From contig NC_090363.1 in assembly GCF_035084215.1 (NCBI RefSeq), positions 2,418,001 to 2,482,000 of the forward strand: a DNA stretch of 64,000 bases. Direction: 5' to 3'. This DNA comes from Heptranchias perlo. Its lineage: Eukaryota. Under the pieces are notes generated by a model. The model was not told the origin of the DNA. It made no database searches and worked only from the letters and a program-made list of their open reading frames with translations. Below are positions 22,701 to 37,020 of this stretch, piece after piece. How positions within the stretch are numbered: the stretch's first letter is position 1; each line of letters opens with the position of its first letter. Both the position numbers and the translations under genes were made by a program.

Positions 22701-25700
22701 TATCCAGTACAAAGTTTGGAAGCAAGTAATAGACGTTATAAATCCCGGTAAGGAATTCTTTTTACACCCATAAAATCCTCAGTAAGTATGACTATCAGCG
22801 CAAGAAGAGATACTAAACTTTCAACACGGATCGTGCCCTGAAATTCCGCAGGGCTACCACCAGCCTCCCGCCCTAACTTCTGTGGGAAATTAGTGGAACC
22901 CTCAGAGAAACGGTGCAACTGTAATTTTGGCTGTGTCTCTTGGATTTTGCCAGTCTAACGCTGAACCTACGGTGGGAGACACGTGGTAGCCCCGTGGAAG
23001 TTCAGGACCAGAATGCCCACATTTTTATTTTTAATTGGCTCACGTCAAAATGAAGGGTCAGGACCAATAGTGCAGGGCGTCGCTAAGATTGAAAAGAGAA
23101 AGAGAGATGAGGATGTTATGGCTAGATGGCCATCAACCGAGCGTTTTTAAAGCCCTCACTGTGGAGGGAAAGGGAGATGAGTACAAGATACAGGATCAGA
23201 GAATTTCTCCACAAATTTGGCATGACTGGGTTGCAGCTTTAAAGCAAATTCCTTTGATACACTTTGCCATAAATGGAATAACTACAATGTCTTGTAGAAA
23301 TTGCTTCTTAAAAAGAACAATATTCTTGCCCTTAAAGCCCAAAGCAAATTCCGTAGTTCTGCGGAAACTTTTCTTTTTAACGAGGCAGTGAAGACAAGAA
23401 TGAAAATTGTTTTGTGGACAATTGCTTAACTCAGCGGTGTCTTTTAAAATTCGAACTCTTCTGTAATTGACAGCGTGAACTTAGCACAAACCATACAACG
23501 CATTACAAAATAGGTTAATTACAATAAATTGTCCTTTAAAATCACTTAGAGGAAAGCCTCCTGCTAACAATATCATAGTGGGGAGACTTCCCAATGTGTG
23601 TTATTTTTAACACATTATTGTATACTGACAGAACAGGTACCGTTACGATGACCTGTAATTATTTCTGTAGCAAGGGTAAGTGTAAATGAAGCCAGTTCAA
23701 TCGGCTCATCTGTGAGAATAAATGTATCTTCTTCCTAGATTGGGCAAACAAGCAACTTTTTGATTGATCTCTACCGCTCTCCTATTCTTTTCAAACTTGA
23801 CAAAGTTCTGAGCCCCTGAGCTTGACCCTTGACCCGGATTCACCGTACAAAAATAAAGTGTAGGATAACTTTTTTTAGGTTTGACAATTGTAAACAATTT
23901 TACAACACCAAGTTATAGTCCAACAAATTTATTTTAAATTCCACAAGCTTTCGGAGGCTCCTCAGTTGGTGTGAAATAGTTAATGCACTGATAGTCACTG
24001 TCATTACGCCAGGCCACCTTCATGAAGATCGGATAATAACAATGCCAGTGCTTGCTTGGTGAAAGTTCCAATTTCAGCCCTGTGCACCGGGAATTTCCCG
24101 CGAGGGTTCCTCCAAACTGTCGCGGTAACTTCGACCAAATATCTGTGGGAACTCCGGAGAAATGGCTGATGTGATTTCTCAGGCAGGCGCACCGATCGTC
24201 CACTGAGGTTCCCGTTCAAACTTGTGACGGGGCCTCAATTTTAACTACCCCTCCCCTGCCTGGTGGAAACCAGGCGTGTGGGGGCGGTTAAACGGACTGG
24301 GGGTGGGGGGGCTTTCCCACCCACCCCTTTCGACTCAGATCTGACCGCAAGGACACCTGCCCCAAGCCGGCGGGATCCTCTTCAACTATGCAGATCAGGT
24401 CCTAATTTCGATCTCAGGCCAGATCTGCGATTTTAACCAGAGGCTTGAGCGAGGCAGCAGAAAGCCTGCCGGGATCCAAGTCGAGGGCCAGCAGAGGCAC
24501 AGCAAGGTAAGCTTTTATTAATTTTATTGTGTTTCTTTGTAGCCCAGAAGGAGCAAGACTGCTCCTCCGGACCCCGCAAGGAACCTCGGGCCACCCCCTT
24601 GTCACGGGCTTCCCCCCACCCCCCTCCCCTCCCTCGATGGAGATTCCCTCCCCAAGACTCACCTGACTGCCAGGGGACCATATCCTCAGCGGCGGCCTCC
24701 TGCCACCCGAATTCCCGCTCCCGCCCGCAGCCCATGCATTGATTCCCGCCCGGCTCAGACAGGAATCAGTGTCTGAATATGGAAACGAGGCACAGGCCCT
24801 AAAACCTCATTGGGTCCCCCTGATCCCGCCCGAGTTAAAGTTTTTTGCGTGGTGAGCTGCTTGAAGCTATTTGTTCTGCCGTATTATCATTGCATCATAG
24901 TACGTTACGGCACAGAAGGAGGCCATTCAGCCCATCATGCCCGTGCCAGCTTTTTGAAAGAGTTTTCCAATTAGTCCCACTCCCTCTGCTCTTTCCCCTG
25001 TAATTTTTTTTCACTTCAAGTATTTATCCAATTCCCTTTTGAAAATTATTGCGAAAGTTATTCCCAATATTGAATTGATCATTGGGGGAAAAATAGTTAA
25101 AAAAAGACAACACTGAGCATCAATTTCTTTGTCCTAATTTGAAATTGTGGCCTTGACATTCCAAAGGGGTTGTCCACGTTCCAATGTTAGCTTTGACGGA
25201 AGACCCCCAGGGAATGGAAAAAACACTTTATAAAAAGGCCTTTAGCCTGTCTTCCACCGGTGTTCTGAGAGATCCGGGTCATTGTATGTTTCTATTTTAT
25301 TGGCAGACGCAAAGAACGAACGGTGAGAGCAAATCCATGAAATTACTTATTACCAGCAGGGTTAAGCAGTAATATTTATTCTGCCACTCTTTCACTCCCT
25401 CGGGGTCGTTTTAACTTTGGGTGGCGGTGTTAAACGGGCGATATCGAATCAAACGGCCGTTACGCCCCCAACTAATGGAAGGGAAAATCGGGCGTGGGGT
25501 AAAATGAGCGGGTAATCCGATATCTCATGTTTTAGACAATCGCCCGGATTTAAAATCACTGCCGTGTGGGACAGATCCTTCTGGGACATTTCTTCAAGTC
25601 TCAAGCATTTAAAAAGAAAGTCTGACCTCAGGCTCCTGCTACTTGTCACAGCTCGGTAATTAATCGCAATTCGAGGGTAGATTCTAGGATGAGCGCAGGA

Positions 25701-28700
25701 CTCATAGAATCATAGAAGTTACAACATGGAAGCAGGCCCTTCGGCCCAACATGTCCATGCCGCCCAGTTTGCCTGCCTGTTTTCACTCATTTTAATTCCC
25801 TGACCAAACAATTTGCTTTCAATCTGCTTCTGTGCCCGTTTCTCATCTCAATCATCACCGCAGAGGAGATGAAACCAATTCATCTGATCACTCACCACGC
25901 ACTGAATAAATGCTCACCTTGCGTCGCCTACCTAACGCCAGGATTTCCTCACATTTCGGGGTGATTTTAAGTTAACTTGCCAGGCGGAAAACCCACAGGA
26001 TCGGGTGGAACACCGGTTTTACACCCCGCCCAATATTGCTGTCCATGGAGTGTAAAACGGGCTGGGTGTAAAACCGCCGTTGCACCCGATGGTCAGTTTT
26101 CCGACGGGCGAGTTACGTTAAAATTGCCCTCACGTGTACCTGTACCGCTGGTTTCCCTTCATCCCAATGTTTTTTTTATTTCCCTCAGGCCCTGTGTTTG
26201 AACTTTTCTTTACCAACTCAGCGGCTGTTGTTACTATCACTTTGTCTTTTTTTCCATTTATCTTACGCCAATGGAAGATAATTTCGTGCGGGACGTATAA
26301 CGAACGGCCCCGTGCAATATAGCTCGTTCTCGCATTACCGGTCAAGGCGGATTCCGTCTAGGCGAGAGCCGGAAGGGAACCAATCGGAGTTGCCGCTCCT
26401 GCTCACTACCCATTGCATGTCGGTGGACCGTGTTGGGTTTGGTTGTTTGGTTCCAAACGGTTGAAAAGCTCGTTGTTAGTCACGCATGAAAAGTGATCTC
26501 TTCTGTGAGGCAGCGGGTGTTATCAGCCATTCCGTGGCTTCAGCAAAGAAAACTGGTGAAAATGGCAAACATCGATTGGAAACTATCCTAAGCAGAAAAA
26601 AATGGTACCAACATGTATTTAAAAAGTTGTGAGTCTTTGATATCTGAAATACGGAAAATTCTGCAACTGCAGGGCGGTATATGAAAAGAGAAATTATAGG
26701 TTAGCGTTTTGGATACAGACTCTTTTCCATAACTGGAATGTGGGAGATAAGCCTTTCATAGGACTGAACAAAATGCACGTTGGAGGGGACAATAGGTAAA
26801 AGTCAACAGCCTGCTTTGCCAATTGCTGTCACAAAGAGTCAGTTAAATGGGTGGCGTAACTGTTATCAGGTTATTGGGGACCTAAATTGGTCTTTGCCCG
26901 TAGCAGAAAATGGACGATATCGAATCGAGCGCCCAGTTTACTTTTCCATTGAATTTCAGTCACTGTCGGCCATTTTTGCGCCAAGGCCCACGGCCAGTTT
27001 CACCCCCTGGCGTCTGAATCAGACAGCAAGGGGCACTGGAAAGGTGAACAGGGATTGAAAACAGCTCCCAAAATAGAAGATAATGAAATGTGCGTGGGAT
27101 AAACACGCAGGAAAATTGGAGAGACAGGTAAGGTCCGAATTTGCTAGGATACATTTCGAATCGGTGAACTGAGCAGTGCCCAGGAATCCTATTCATGGAG
27201 TTTGTATTGAGCAGGGGTGACACCATGTTGAAGGAAAAGTCAGAATGGGTTTCACGGGAGGGTCAACATGGCGCCTGTCGTCATCAGTGGTAATTTTCAG
27301 TTTGAGCACTGGCGTAAAACTGGCAGTTTCCGATACGCCCGTTATTCACCCTACCTGATATTCCTGTCCATTGAGATAGATTTTTTTAATCTGCCACTGG
27401 GTCGTAAATCTGATGTTACCAATCCGCCGCCTGTTATTGAAACTGTCTGATTTTCATTTCATTTGAAATCAATGGAAAGGCAAATCCAACGGTTTCTATA
27501 AGGGGCCAGTGATCTGCAACACCAGTTTTACAACCACGCAGGAAATTTTCAATCTACCCCATTGACTTTAATTGAAAGGAAAAAGCTTGGCTGTATAATG
27601 GATGCTCGATCCACCATCCACCGCTGGCCCAAAGTGGAATTACTCCAACAAATCTCCATTTCTTGCCCACATTCTGGAGGAAGTCGCACCACGTCCAATA
27701 AATTAGACTGGACGGAGAGAAGGCAAATTGCTGTTGGCCACTTCAGGATGGTGCGGGAGAGCTGATTGGGCAGGGGCTACTTCTGCTTCCAGTTCCAATA
27801 AAACTGCCAGAACTGATCAGAGGAAAAGGCTGTTATGGAATAGTGAAGGAGGCCATAGGGAGTAAAATTCAACTTCAGAGAGGGCACAAAATGGGCGATA
27901 GCAGTTCGACTCCCTGCCCAAAGTCAATGGGACAGGGCGTATAACGGGCGGCCGAACCGCTCCCGCCTATTTTGCCCCCTCACCGAAGTTGCGTTTCACC
28001 CTCCAGTGGTCGATCACAGAGAGGGAAGGCGGTGGAAGAGGTGCTTGATAGGGGCATTGTTCATCTTTCTCCAATTTTCCGAGAAGCCTGTTCACAGGCT
28101 ATTAAACCCGGAAATCCCCTTTACCGTGGTAACTAGTGATTCGTGACGTTTACCTGTTGTTCTCCCCTCCTTAGTTAAATTTGATCAGTCTTAGAGGGTT
28201 TCACTTATCTTCAAGCTTCCCGTCTCTAACCAAAACTTTAACCTATCTTTTTTCTTTTCAGACGCCGAAGGACCCGATGGGCTGAATTCTCCTCCCGGTG
28301 GCAGGTTAGCGGCTGGGTGGTACTAGCACCCGGCCACGTAACTCCACCGCTAACCTGCTGAACTTTGATCCCGAGGCCCCCCCCCATTAACCAACAGCAT
28401 GGTTAGCAGTGGTAATTTCCATCCTCGCTGAGCTACTGCTGCAGAGGCGGAGGGAAATTGATTGTTGTTGCAGCTTTTAACAGGCTGGCAGCTAGTTGAC
28501 TGGGCAGATCACTCCCTGGCCTACAGGAAGTGCAACTGCAAGTATTTATGGAGGGGACGGTAGCTTTGGGGTGGGGGAGAGTGTCTGCCTGATTCTCGAA
28601 AACATCTATTCGAGCGTTGCCGCATGGGACCTGGAGCAGGCAGTCTTATAAGAGGATGGTTCCGGCTGCGCGGAGGGCAGTTGCAGAAACATTAATGCAA

Positions 28701-31700
28701 GTAATTTTAACCACACCTTCCCTGAGATGATGGGATCGACCGCCGGTTTCACACCCCGCGCATTTTTATGCTCCGTTGACTTCAATGGAGAGCAAACTCT
28801 GGCGGGGTGTAAAACTGGCATTCGAGCCGGTCCCGTCAGTTTTTCACCAGAAAGGTCAGGTTAAACTTACCCCTTCTTCACTGCAACCGCGATCACCCCA
28901 AGAAGTGCCACAGAGTGCAGGAAGAGGTTTAACGGCCTCAATAGGCCTGTGTTGCCAATCCCTGACAGAGGCTTCCCTCAACTGCCTTCTTCTGCTACTC
29001 TGTCCTAACCTGGATGTCAGAACAACTGACTTATGCAAAGGGAAATCTCTGTAGATACTCAAGCACCATCTGAACTGATACAGCCTTGCCCCAAGGGTTA
29101 CTAATAGTCACCGTGTGACTTAAAGGGACAATGGGCATGCATCTTTCATCATCACGCGATCCATGCACTCACATGGAAGAAACCAAGTCCCAATGCTTCT
29201 CACGTTCGTTCATCATTGTTTTCTCTCCCCACAAAGGAAACGGTGGCGCACAGCCACCAACAGAGAAATACAACCGGGGAGAAGCATCAGTGCTGAAAAC
29301 CATGAGTGCACATGAACAGGGAGTTCTGCAAATGATAGGCAGACAGACAGGAGAGGCTGTGGGAGATTGTGAGATTGGAGGCGATGTGGCAGCAGAAGGT
29401 TGGTAAAGGCAAGGCAAGGCTCATCAAGAGTAGTGTCAGCCTCCTAAGTTTTCTCAAAGTTTTGGAGTGTCTAACACTCAACTGTTATTTCTTCAAGATG
29501 AAATGCTATTGTGTACACATCTAAACAAGCTCTTCTGTGTTTCACATCACAGGGGGTGCCTTGGAAGGAGAGGCCAGCCATTTGAATGACCACCCAGGCA
29601 GTGCCAGAGCCACAGCTGCTATTACTTCCAGATCTAGAATTCCTGCCACTCCATCACCAACTTCACTAAGGCATCTTACCCGTGCAAGCACCAGCACAGG
29701 GACCCCATTTGGGAGGGAGTAGTTAGTGAGTCAAAAGGCCTTTCATCAGTGAAACACTGAACGTCGATGAGAATGTGAACCTTGAAGTGGAAGAGAGGGA
29801 GATAGCCTTTCCTCCACAGAGGGCAAAGGAAATATAGACCCAGATGGCAAGAGTCGAGTCTTGGAGAGAGCTATGATTCTATGAGGAGTTGAGCAGTGGA
29901 GACAGTTTCCAGGCATGTGGTTGAGATGATGGACAAGTGGGAGGAGTCCCCCACATACATTGCAGAACGATTTTCACGACATGCAGAGTACCCTGTGGCA
30001 AGTGACAGCCCAGGAGATTTCTGTCGCAACAAGGTGTCTAAATGAGATAGTAAGGAGATGTATGGCATCCGGAACGGCAGCTACCCCTGCTTCACTAGAT
30101 GCCTTGGGGGTCAGCCTGAACATCACGCTTGCACAAAGCTTCTGAGTCCTCGATAGGACTATTCAGCCTGAGATGACACCGACCAGTAGCCTGTGCCCTG
30201 CACCAGTGGGTTATAGGGAGTGGTCACAGACATCGCTGTTTCTCCAAAGAGCGACAATTAACCTTCTCCCTTAAGGTTCCCTCTAATGCCTGCACCGATA
30301 GGCGTCTCAGACGCGGGTTCAGCACCCGTGGTACTGCCGGAGAAAGGCCTGCTGGCGGCTGGTTCCTCTGAGGCAGGTCCTTCGCTGGGACAAGAGTCAC
30401 CCAATCTTTTAAGGTTCGGAGGAAACCATCCTAACTCCCCACTGCTTAATCTCACCTCACTCAGGGAGTACCTCATAAAAGTCGTAGACTAGGGTCTAGA
30501 GCAGGTAACTGAACCGGCACAAGGCGTGAACCCAGAGTTCAGAAATATTTGTAGGTGGGGTGATTTTACACCTTTAGGTGAATGTTACTTTTCAAAGTAG
30601 ACATGTCTCGATCACATGGAGTTCTCAGCGCTTTTCCGTATGAGCTTGTAAGTTTTAGTCATTGTATAATGGCAGGAGACTAAAATATTGTCTTATGAAG
30701 GGGAAAGACAGAAATCGTTGACAGTGAGGGTTTTTTTAGTGGGTTTGGAGGGAGAACAGGAAGGTGTGAAGTGACATTAGTTAGTGTGTCAACTTTTATT
30801 TATTGTAAACCCTGGGCTCGAAGCCCAGATCTTTCTCCGGGTGCTGACGATTCTGTTTCACGTCTTTCCCCTTCCTGTATAGCCTTTTCATGTTGCGGAA
30901 ATGGATGTCCTCCCTTCCTCCCATCACCATCACCCCCTCATCTTCCCGAAGCAGCAAGCCTACCTTCATTGTGATGTTATGTAGTATCCATCAATCTACA
31001 ATGATTCTGGAGACCTCCTCTGGACTGTCTCAGGGCTTTACCGGGAGCCTCAAAGGATACTTCAGAATTCATATAGCCCCTGTCAACTAAAACGATAGGT
31101 AGGCAAAGTGCAAATAACGCTCCGGTGTAGCAACCAAATTGCCTCTTCAATTCGGTATCCACCTATAGAGTGACGGTAATCATTTGACTCGGGCTTGAAG
31201 AAAAAGTTGAGGAAACTGGAGGGCAGAGGTTAGCGATTCATACTTGACTGCGGGACGGCATGGCATTGCGTGTTAAAGAGTTACCTGATTTCTGCGGGAT
31301 TATTCTAGGTGGGGGGTTTATACTGGATTAGTTTAAGCGGTAGCAACTACCGCTCCATTGTACTGACTGATTAGCCCCAAAACGGCCTGAAACGGGCGGT
31401 AACTGGAAGGAAAATTCAGCCCACCGTCTAATCGCGGCATTTCTGCTTTGATTTCAAAGGATTGTGTTGCGCCCACCCTAAGCTGCAGCAGGTGACCAGA
31501 AAGCGGTTCCAACTTCTTTCTGTTTGGGGAGCCGGGTGGAAAATCCCTTCTCGCGATTCCTGGGCAGTAACTCAAAACTTCGGCGGGTGCAGAAAACTGC
31601 CGGGATCGGATCGGCCGCCTGTTACTCCTCCCGTTCGACTTTCCTTTCCATCCGCAGTCAATGGAATGGCGCAGCCGATCGGAAACTGGCAGTTAACCGC

Positions 31701-34700
31701 CCCCTCGCCGATACTGAAAGTGACCCCCCCCCCCCCGATCTCTCAGTCCTTTTGTTAGTTATCTGTACCTGCAATTGGGAAATCGGTTCCAATTTTAACC
31801 TGTTGGAGGGTTCCGAGACTAAATATGTTTTCCTGTGTGATGTTATCGCCCCAGGCTGGATACCCGAATCTACGCCGCTGGCTCATTTTGGGAGGGTGGT
31901 AGGGGCGCTGCCATTAGCTTTGATCTACCCATCACTAGCCTTTCCTGCAGTCGCTTGCTATCCAGTGATCCCCGCTGGAAGGGGAGTTTATGTGAGGAGG
32001 GGGGTGTTGCCACCGTGACCGATAGCCCGTCAGCACTTGTTTTATGGGCTCGTAGATGAGGAAAAGCAACTTAGACGGAGCACCAAGTAGCCGAGGGACT
32101 GCCCCTCAACACGACTAACTTCTTCCGAAGGCAGAGACAAGAACGGTGTAAAAATATCTTTCCACATCTCTCACACTTGACGTCCAGTCGCCTGATGACT
32201 GTCATCCTGCGTTCCTCTGTCAACCTACCGATATCAGTATTTGTAATAGTGCTAGAAACCAATGGTATCATCCTTAAAGTATCTGTCAGTGCTCTATACA
32301 GTAAGATTGATCGTCCTTCTGTAGAATATTGTGAGCTGTGCGTTTATTTATCTGCCTTAAGTAATAAACGGACAGCCCAAGGCTCCGGGTACAATGGGAT
32401 CTTTCCACTAGAGTGAAGCACCAGTGCAAATGTCGCAGTGTGGGAGTCATTTTCCAACTCGTGCATCCGCTGGGAAGCCTTGCGCACATAGGAAAGTCCG
32501 CTAAGATTGTAACTCATCTGCAGCGCCTTAATTTCCGATGTGCATTCCTTTATCCCCATAACTCGTCAGTCGGGTCCACCATCCAATGGCCCCAGGGCAA
32601 TAAAGTGAGAGATGTCACGGTATTAGCAGGCAGTCTAACCCCGTTCACATATAATGCAAGCCCGCTAACGGACCGCGTTTCAAATGTGCCCGGGCTATCC
32701 TGGGAATTTTATAACCTTTAGAATAAAACTTTAGGAGAGAGCGAGCGCTCCTGACCACGCCATAAAAATAGGAACATAGGAACAGGAGTAGGCCATTCAG
32801 CCCCTCGTGCCTGCTCCGCCATTTGATAAGATCATGGCTGATCTGTGATCTAACTCCATATACCTGCCTTTGGCCCATATCCCTTAATACCTTTGGTTGC
32901 CAAAAAGCTATCTATCTCAGATTTAAATTTAGCAATTGAGCTTGTATCAATTGCCGTTTGCGGAAGAGAGTTCCAAACTTCTACCACCCTTTGTGTGTAG
33001 AAATGTTTTCTAATCTCGCTCCTGAAAGGTCTGGCTCTAATTTTTAGACTGTGCCCCCTACTCCTAGAATCCCCAAACAGCGGAAATAGTTTCTCTCTAT
33101 CCACCCTATCCGTTCCCCTTAATATCTTATAAACTTCGATCAGATCACCCCTTAACCTTCGAAACTCTAGAGAATACAACCCCAATTTGTGTAATCTCTC
33201 CTCGTAACTTAACCCTTGAAGTCCGGGTATCATTCTAGTAAACCTACGCTGCACTCCCTCCAAGGCCAATATGTCCTTCCGAAGGTGCGGTGCCCAGAAC
33301 TACTCACAGTACTCCAGGTGCGGTCTAACCAGGGTTTTGTATAGCTGCAGCATAACTTCTGCCCCCTTGTACTCCAGTCCTCTAGATATAAAGGCCAGCA
33401 TTCCATTAGCCTTATTGATTATTTTCTGCACCTGTTCATGGCACTTCAATGATCTATGTACCTGAACCCCTAAGTCCCTTTGGACATCCGCTGTTTTTAA
33501 CTTTTTACCATTTAGAAAGTACCCTGTTCTATCCTTTTTTGATCCAAAGTGGATGACCTCGCATTTGTCTACATTGAATGGCAGATAGTGAGTTCCGAGC
33601 ATGCGCCAGGTAGTGAATTCCGAGCATGCGTTCAAAACCTCGCAGCTCCTTTTGGGAAGCGCACTTGACGGTGTAACTCTGATCCACCGGTTTCCATCGC
33701 ACTCTACAGACACCTGTGCACTCGCTTACCTCAGTTCCGATTTGTGACCAAGGTTGGTTGCGTTTTAAGCACTTTTATTAAAATGAAACGTGAATTATAC
33801 TTTGCAACAAAATGATGATTTTTATGTTCTTGCTCCGTTATTCTATAGATTATAAATATGCAGGCTGCACCGAACCAGCCAGTAAACCTGCTTCCCGAAC
33901 TGAAGCGAGCGAGGAGATGCCCAGGAAACGTTCCTTTAAATATAGCACCGAAGAAAATAAAAGAAAATGTAATCAATTATATATCGACCTAATATAATGT
34001 AATGGAATAGATAGCAAGGATCTGTAGCTTTTCGAACTTATCTTGGAGGTTTTTCACTCCAATACCTCGGAGTTCTAGAGCGCCGAGAGCCGCCATCAAA
34101 TTATAAAGTTAATTCGCCACTTGCAACAAAAACAACTGTGCTTAGATTAATCAAAGTGCAGTCATTGGAAGGAGCCCTTTCTGATTTTGCTTTTGTTTCA
34201 TTCCTTTTTTGTCAGTTCCAGCCTATCTGACTCTGAATCCTAACACGGCGCATCCCCGACTCCTCCTTTCCGAGGACCTGACCGTGGTGACTTACGGAGA
34301 CGTGAAGCAAGACGTCGCGGACAAACCGGAGAGGTTTGATACTTGCGTCTGTGTCCTGGGCGCCGAGGCGTTCACATCTGGGAAGCACTACTGGGAGGTG
34401 CAGGTGGGGAACAAGACTGAGTGGGATGTGGGCGTGGTGAAAGAGTCCATCAGCAGGAAAGGACACACTACAGCAACACCGGAATCCGGATACTGGATTG
34501 TGTGGCTGAGAAACGGAAACGAATACAAGGCGACAACCGTGCCCCGTACCCGCCTGAACGTAATTGTGAAACCCAAAGCCATCGGGGTGTACCTGGACTA
34601 TGAGGGCGGACAGGTGTCGTTTTACAATGTGGACAACATGTCCCACCTCTACACCTTCATTGACACTTTCACCGAGAGACTCTTTCCTTACTTCAGTCCT

Positions 34701-34769
34701 GGTATCAATGACGACGGAGAAAACGCGGAACCACTCAAAGTCCTCCCAGTCAGATGTCACGAAGAATAA
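19336..34769 (+). CDS. TRIM-B: complete class IV TRIM (RING-B-box2-CC-PRY/SPRY), 478 aa, 6 exons
   Basis: Exons 19336-19755, 19848-19943, 20036-20269, 22511-22533, 22638-22747, 34216-34769. GT-AG introns and an open frame throughout. Alternative in-frame ATGs at 19327 and 19333. Confidence 0.9.
19848..19943 (+). CDS. TRIM-B exon 2 (96 nt)
   Basis: ttcAG|GAAAAAATG...ATCAAG|GTAATT; [14 protein letters not shown]... Confidence 0.9.
20036..20269 (+). CDS. TRIM-B exon 3 (234 nt)
   Basis: [26 protein letters not shown]...YTLLK|GTGAGC. Confidence 0.9.
20790..21765 (+). mobile_element. CR1 3' fragment in TRIM-B intron 3, interrupted by an antisense Zenon-like LINE tail (~21210-21503)
   Basis: RT C-terminus [18 protein letters not shown] is broken at TRGHSLR and resumes at [11 protein letters not shown]. 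Confidence 0.8.
22511..22533 (+). CDS. TRIM-B exon 4 (23 nt)
   Basis: tttAG|GACGCTCCGCTTGACGACAAGAG|GTATGA. Confidence 0.85.
22638..22747 (+). CDS. TRIM-B exon 5 (110 nt)
   Basis: [36 protein letters not shown]|GTAAGG; acceptor inferred at ttAG 22636-22637. Confidence 0.8.
25957..26130. mobile_element. Hairpin MITE (representative of many in the window)
   Basis: GGGGTGATTTTAAGTTAAC...GTTACGTTAAAATTGCCC; related to the MITE at ~28700-28873. Confidence 0.65.
28279..31422. mobile_element. Decayed PIF/Harbinger transposon in TRIM-B intron 5
   Basis: TIRs GGGCTGAATTCTCCT...AGGAAAATTCAGCCC. Plus-strand Myb/SANT remnant ([17 protein letters not shown], ~28890-28945) interrupted by a MITE (~28700-28873). 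Minus-strand transposase C-terminal remnant ([19 protein letters not shown], ~30965-31030). Confidence 0.65.
32770..33580 (-). mobile_element. CR1 3' fragment
   Basis: [12 protein letters not shown]...RPHLEY...[16 protein letters not shown]; near-identical to the split copy at 2923-8570. Confidence 0.9.
34216..34769 (+). CDS. TRIM-B exon 6 (PRY-SPRY/B30.2)
   Basis: [21 protein letters not shown]...ERFD...GKHYWEVQV...[16 protein letters not shown]...LFPYFSP; stop TAA 34767-34769. Confidence 0.93.
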
Positions 34770-36764
34770 ATCCCTCCGAGATTTGTCTTTCTTAGGGCCC
34801 CGCTTCGGATCATCTTCGCTACTTTATATATATATATATTTTTTGCCTATGTTCAATTGCAAATCGGTTTCAAACCGGTGCCTAACTGCAGCACAGCTAC
34901 TGAGTTCGGCAGTTTCCAGTTGTTACCAAGCTCCTTACTCTTAACCCACTGATTGAAAGTTTGTTTGTATCCGCTGTTTCTTATTTATGGACAACAGGGT
35001 AGGTGAGGCCGCGGCGGTCTTGGAATACCTGCAGGGAAATGCAGTCCGGAGTGATTCTGAGGCCGCGCCTCCATTCCCTGCGGTTGAACTATTATTCAAA
35101 CTTTGACGATTTTCTGGATGTACGGCCCATAAGAAAGTTTGGAACGAAAAAAGCTCATTTGACTCACCAAATTAACTCATCTCTTAGTCCATGCGCGATT
35201 ACCTCAATCATGGAGTTCCCAAATCCCAAAGGGCGGATTTTTCCCACACCGGCCGCGCATCAAACGCAGCAGATAGATTACAGGAATTTCACTGGTACCT
35301 TGCGTGTCAATTTCCGCCATTAATGTCATTGGACAGAAAATCGGGGGTCGTGTCTCAATTTTCTGCTAAATTTCCCGCTGCTTGCGAGGCCCCGCCGGTA
35401 ACACCCCTGGTGTCATAATATTCCACTGTATGGGTGCAGATTTTTCTGATACTGCGTCTGGTGTCGTTGGATCGTTCGGGCACGATCATCATTACAGGAA
35501 AAGCGGACGGGAAGGCGTGCCTGCCGATAATGATCAGTGAGATTATCTAAACGAACAGACCGAAAACCGAACGGGTTCCGTGCGCCGGATTTTCCCCGTG
35601 TTCGCTCTGCCCAATCGGCGCAAGACCGGGGAAAGTTGTCCTGGTATCTCTCTATTCTCTCTAAGCAGGCAAATTTCCATGAGATTACCTGGCACAAGCG
35701 GCCATTCGTTATCGGCGTAAGGCAGGCTATTGTAAATGGTAAGCACTGCAGCCAATTCCAATCCTCTCCTCACGCATGTCCTTTCCAGCAGGAGGCACTG
35801 GCCGGGAATCAGGAGTCTGAACTCGGGCCCATACTTTCTTATTCCAAATTCAGGCGATTTGCAGATGAACTTCTGGGTACGGACCGAATAGAGTTATTGC
35901 TGGCCTGGGTAGTTTAGTAACACACCATTTGGTGTCTATAACCACCGAGCCATTGGGAAAAGTCGCTAAAAATTCCTTCGGAGACAAGTTTCTATCAGTA
36001 ATGTAAACTGTTTTTTTGGAATATCTTTGAGTCTTCACATCCTGTAGCCAGCATGATCCAGTCGTTGGCTTGTGGTACAATGAAAGGGTTACGAATTGCG
36101 CCTTTAGTCTTTTTAACTGATGTATGCATTTTCTTTGTGACTGAATTATGTACAATTTATGAAATTTGTGACAGAAAAATATAAAATAAAAAGACCACGA
36201 ATAAAATATAATCGAGTTTCATTTTCACTGATTATAAATTATATTGCACAAGTTGTTAGGGGGTTAAATTGACCTTTGGCGGCAGCGCAAAACGGGCGAC
36301 AGGAAGGAAGGCGAGATTAGAAATTCGTATTGGCTAGTGGCGCAAAACGGGCGTTATCACTTCAGCCGCCCATTGAACTCAATGGAACTGAATATCGTTG
36401 GGACGTTGAGCTGACCGAAGCCGCCTGCCCGTTTATATCCCGCGGGGTGTAAAACGGGCTATCGCCTGTCTTGACCTATTGCTGTAGATCACTAACGTTT
36501 AACGTTTACCCTCTAAGGTTTAACAGGGAGTTACTGATATTACAGATAAGGGGAGGCGAGGTTTCTCTGCTCTGTATGTGTTGGCAATATCGCGCGGTTA
36601 AAAGGAGGGAAACGATTACAAATTCGTTGGAAGAGAAAGAAAAATAAACAATTGAATTCACATAACCCTCCATCACAACTCTCCAAAACTTATCTAAGAC
36701 TGCAGGATTTTTTTTAAAAAGGGAATTGATAATTGTTATGGGGGTAAATATAACAACCGTTTTC

Positions 36765-37020
36765 CCAACAGCAATTCCCACATCCAGTAATGGGATGAAC
36801 GATGAGTTAATCTGCCTGGGTCTTGGTTGAAAGAGAAAATGTTGACCAGGAAACCGGAAGAATCCCTTGCTCCGTATGACGTAATGCAATTGCATCTTAA
36901 ATATCCACCGGAACCAGCAGAGCAGGTAAATGGAGTTTAATCAAATGGAACTCACCTCCCAACCAGCAGCACCCCCTTCGGCATTGCACAGGGGGTTAGT
37001 CTGAATCTTATGAAGTCCGT
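36765..37020 (-). mobile_element. Degraded Deu-SINE; its head continues after the minisatellite (~40755-40790)
   Basis: Collinear with the antisense SINE at 47870-48295. Confidence 0.55.

Noticed and set aside
34212-34760. 182-aa antisense ORF
   Set aside because: Shadow of the PRY-SPRY exon with no independent features
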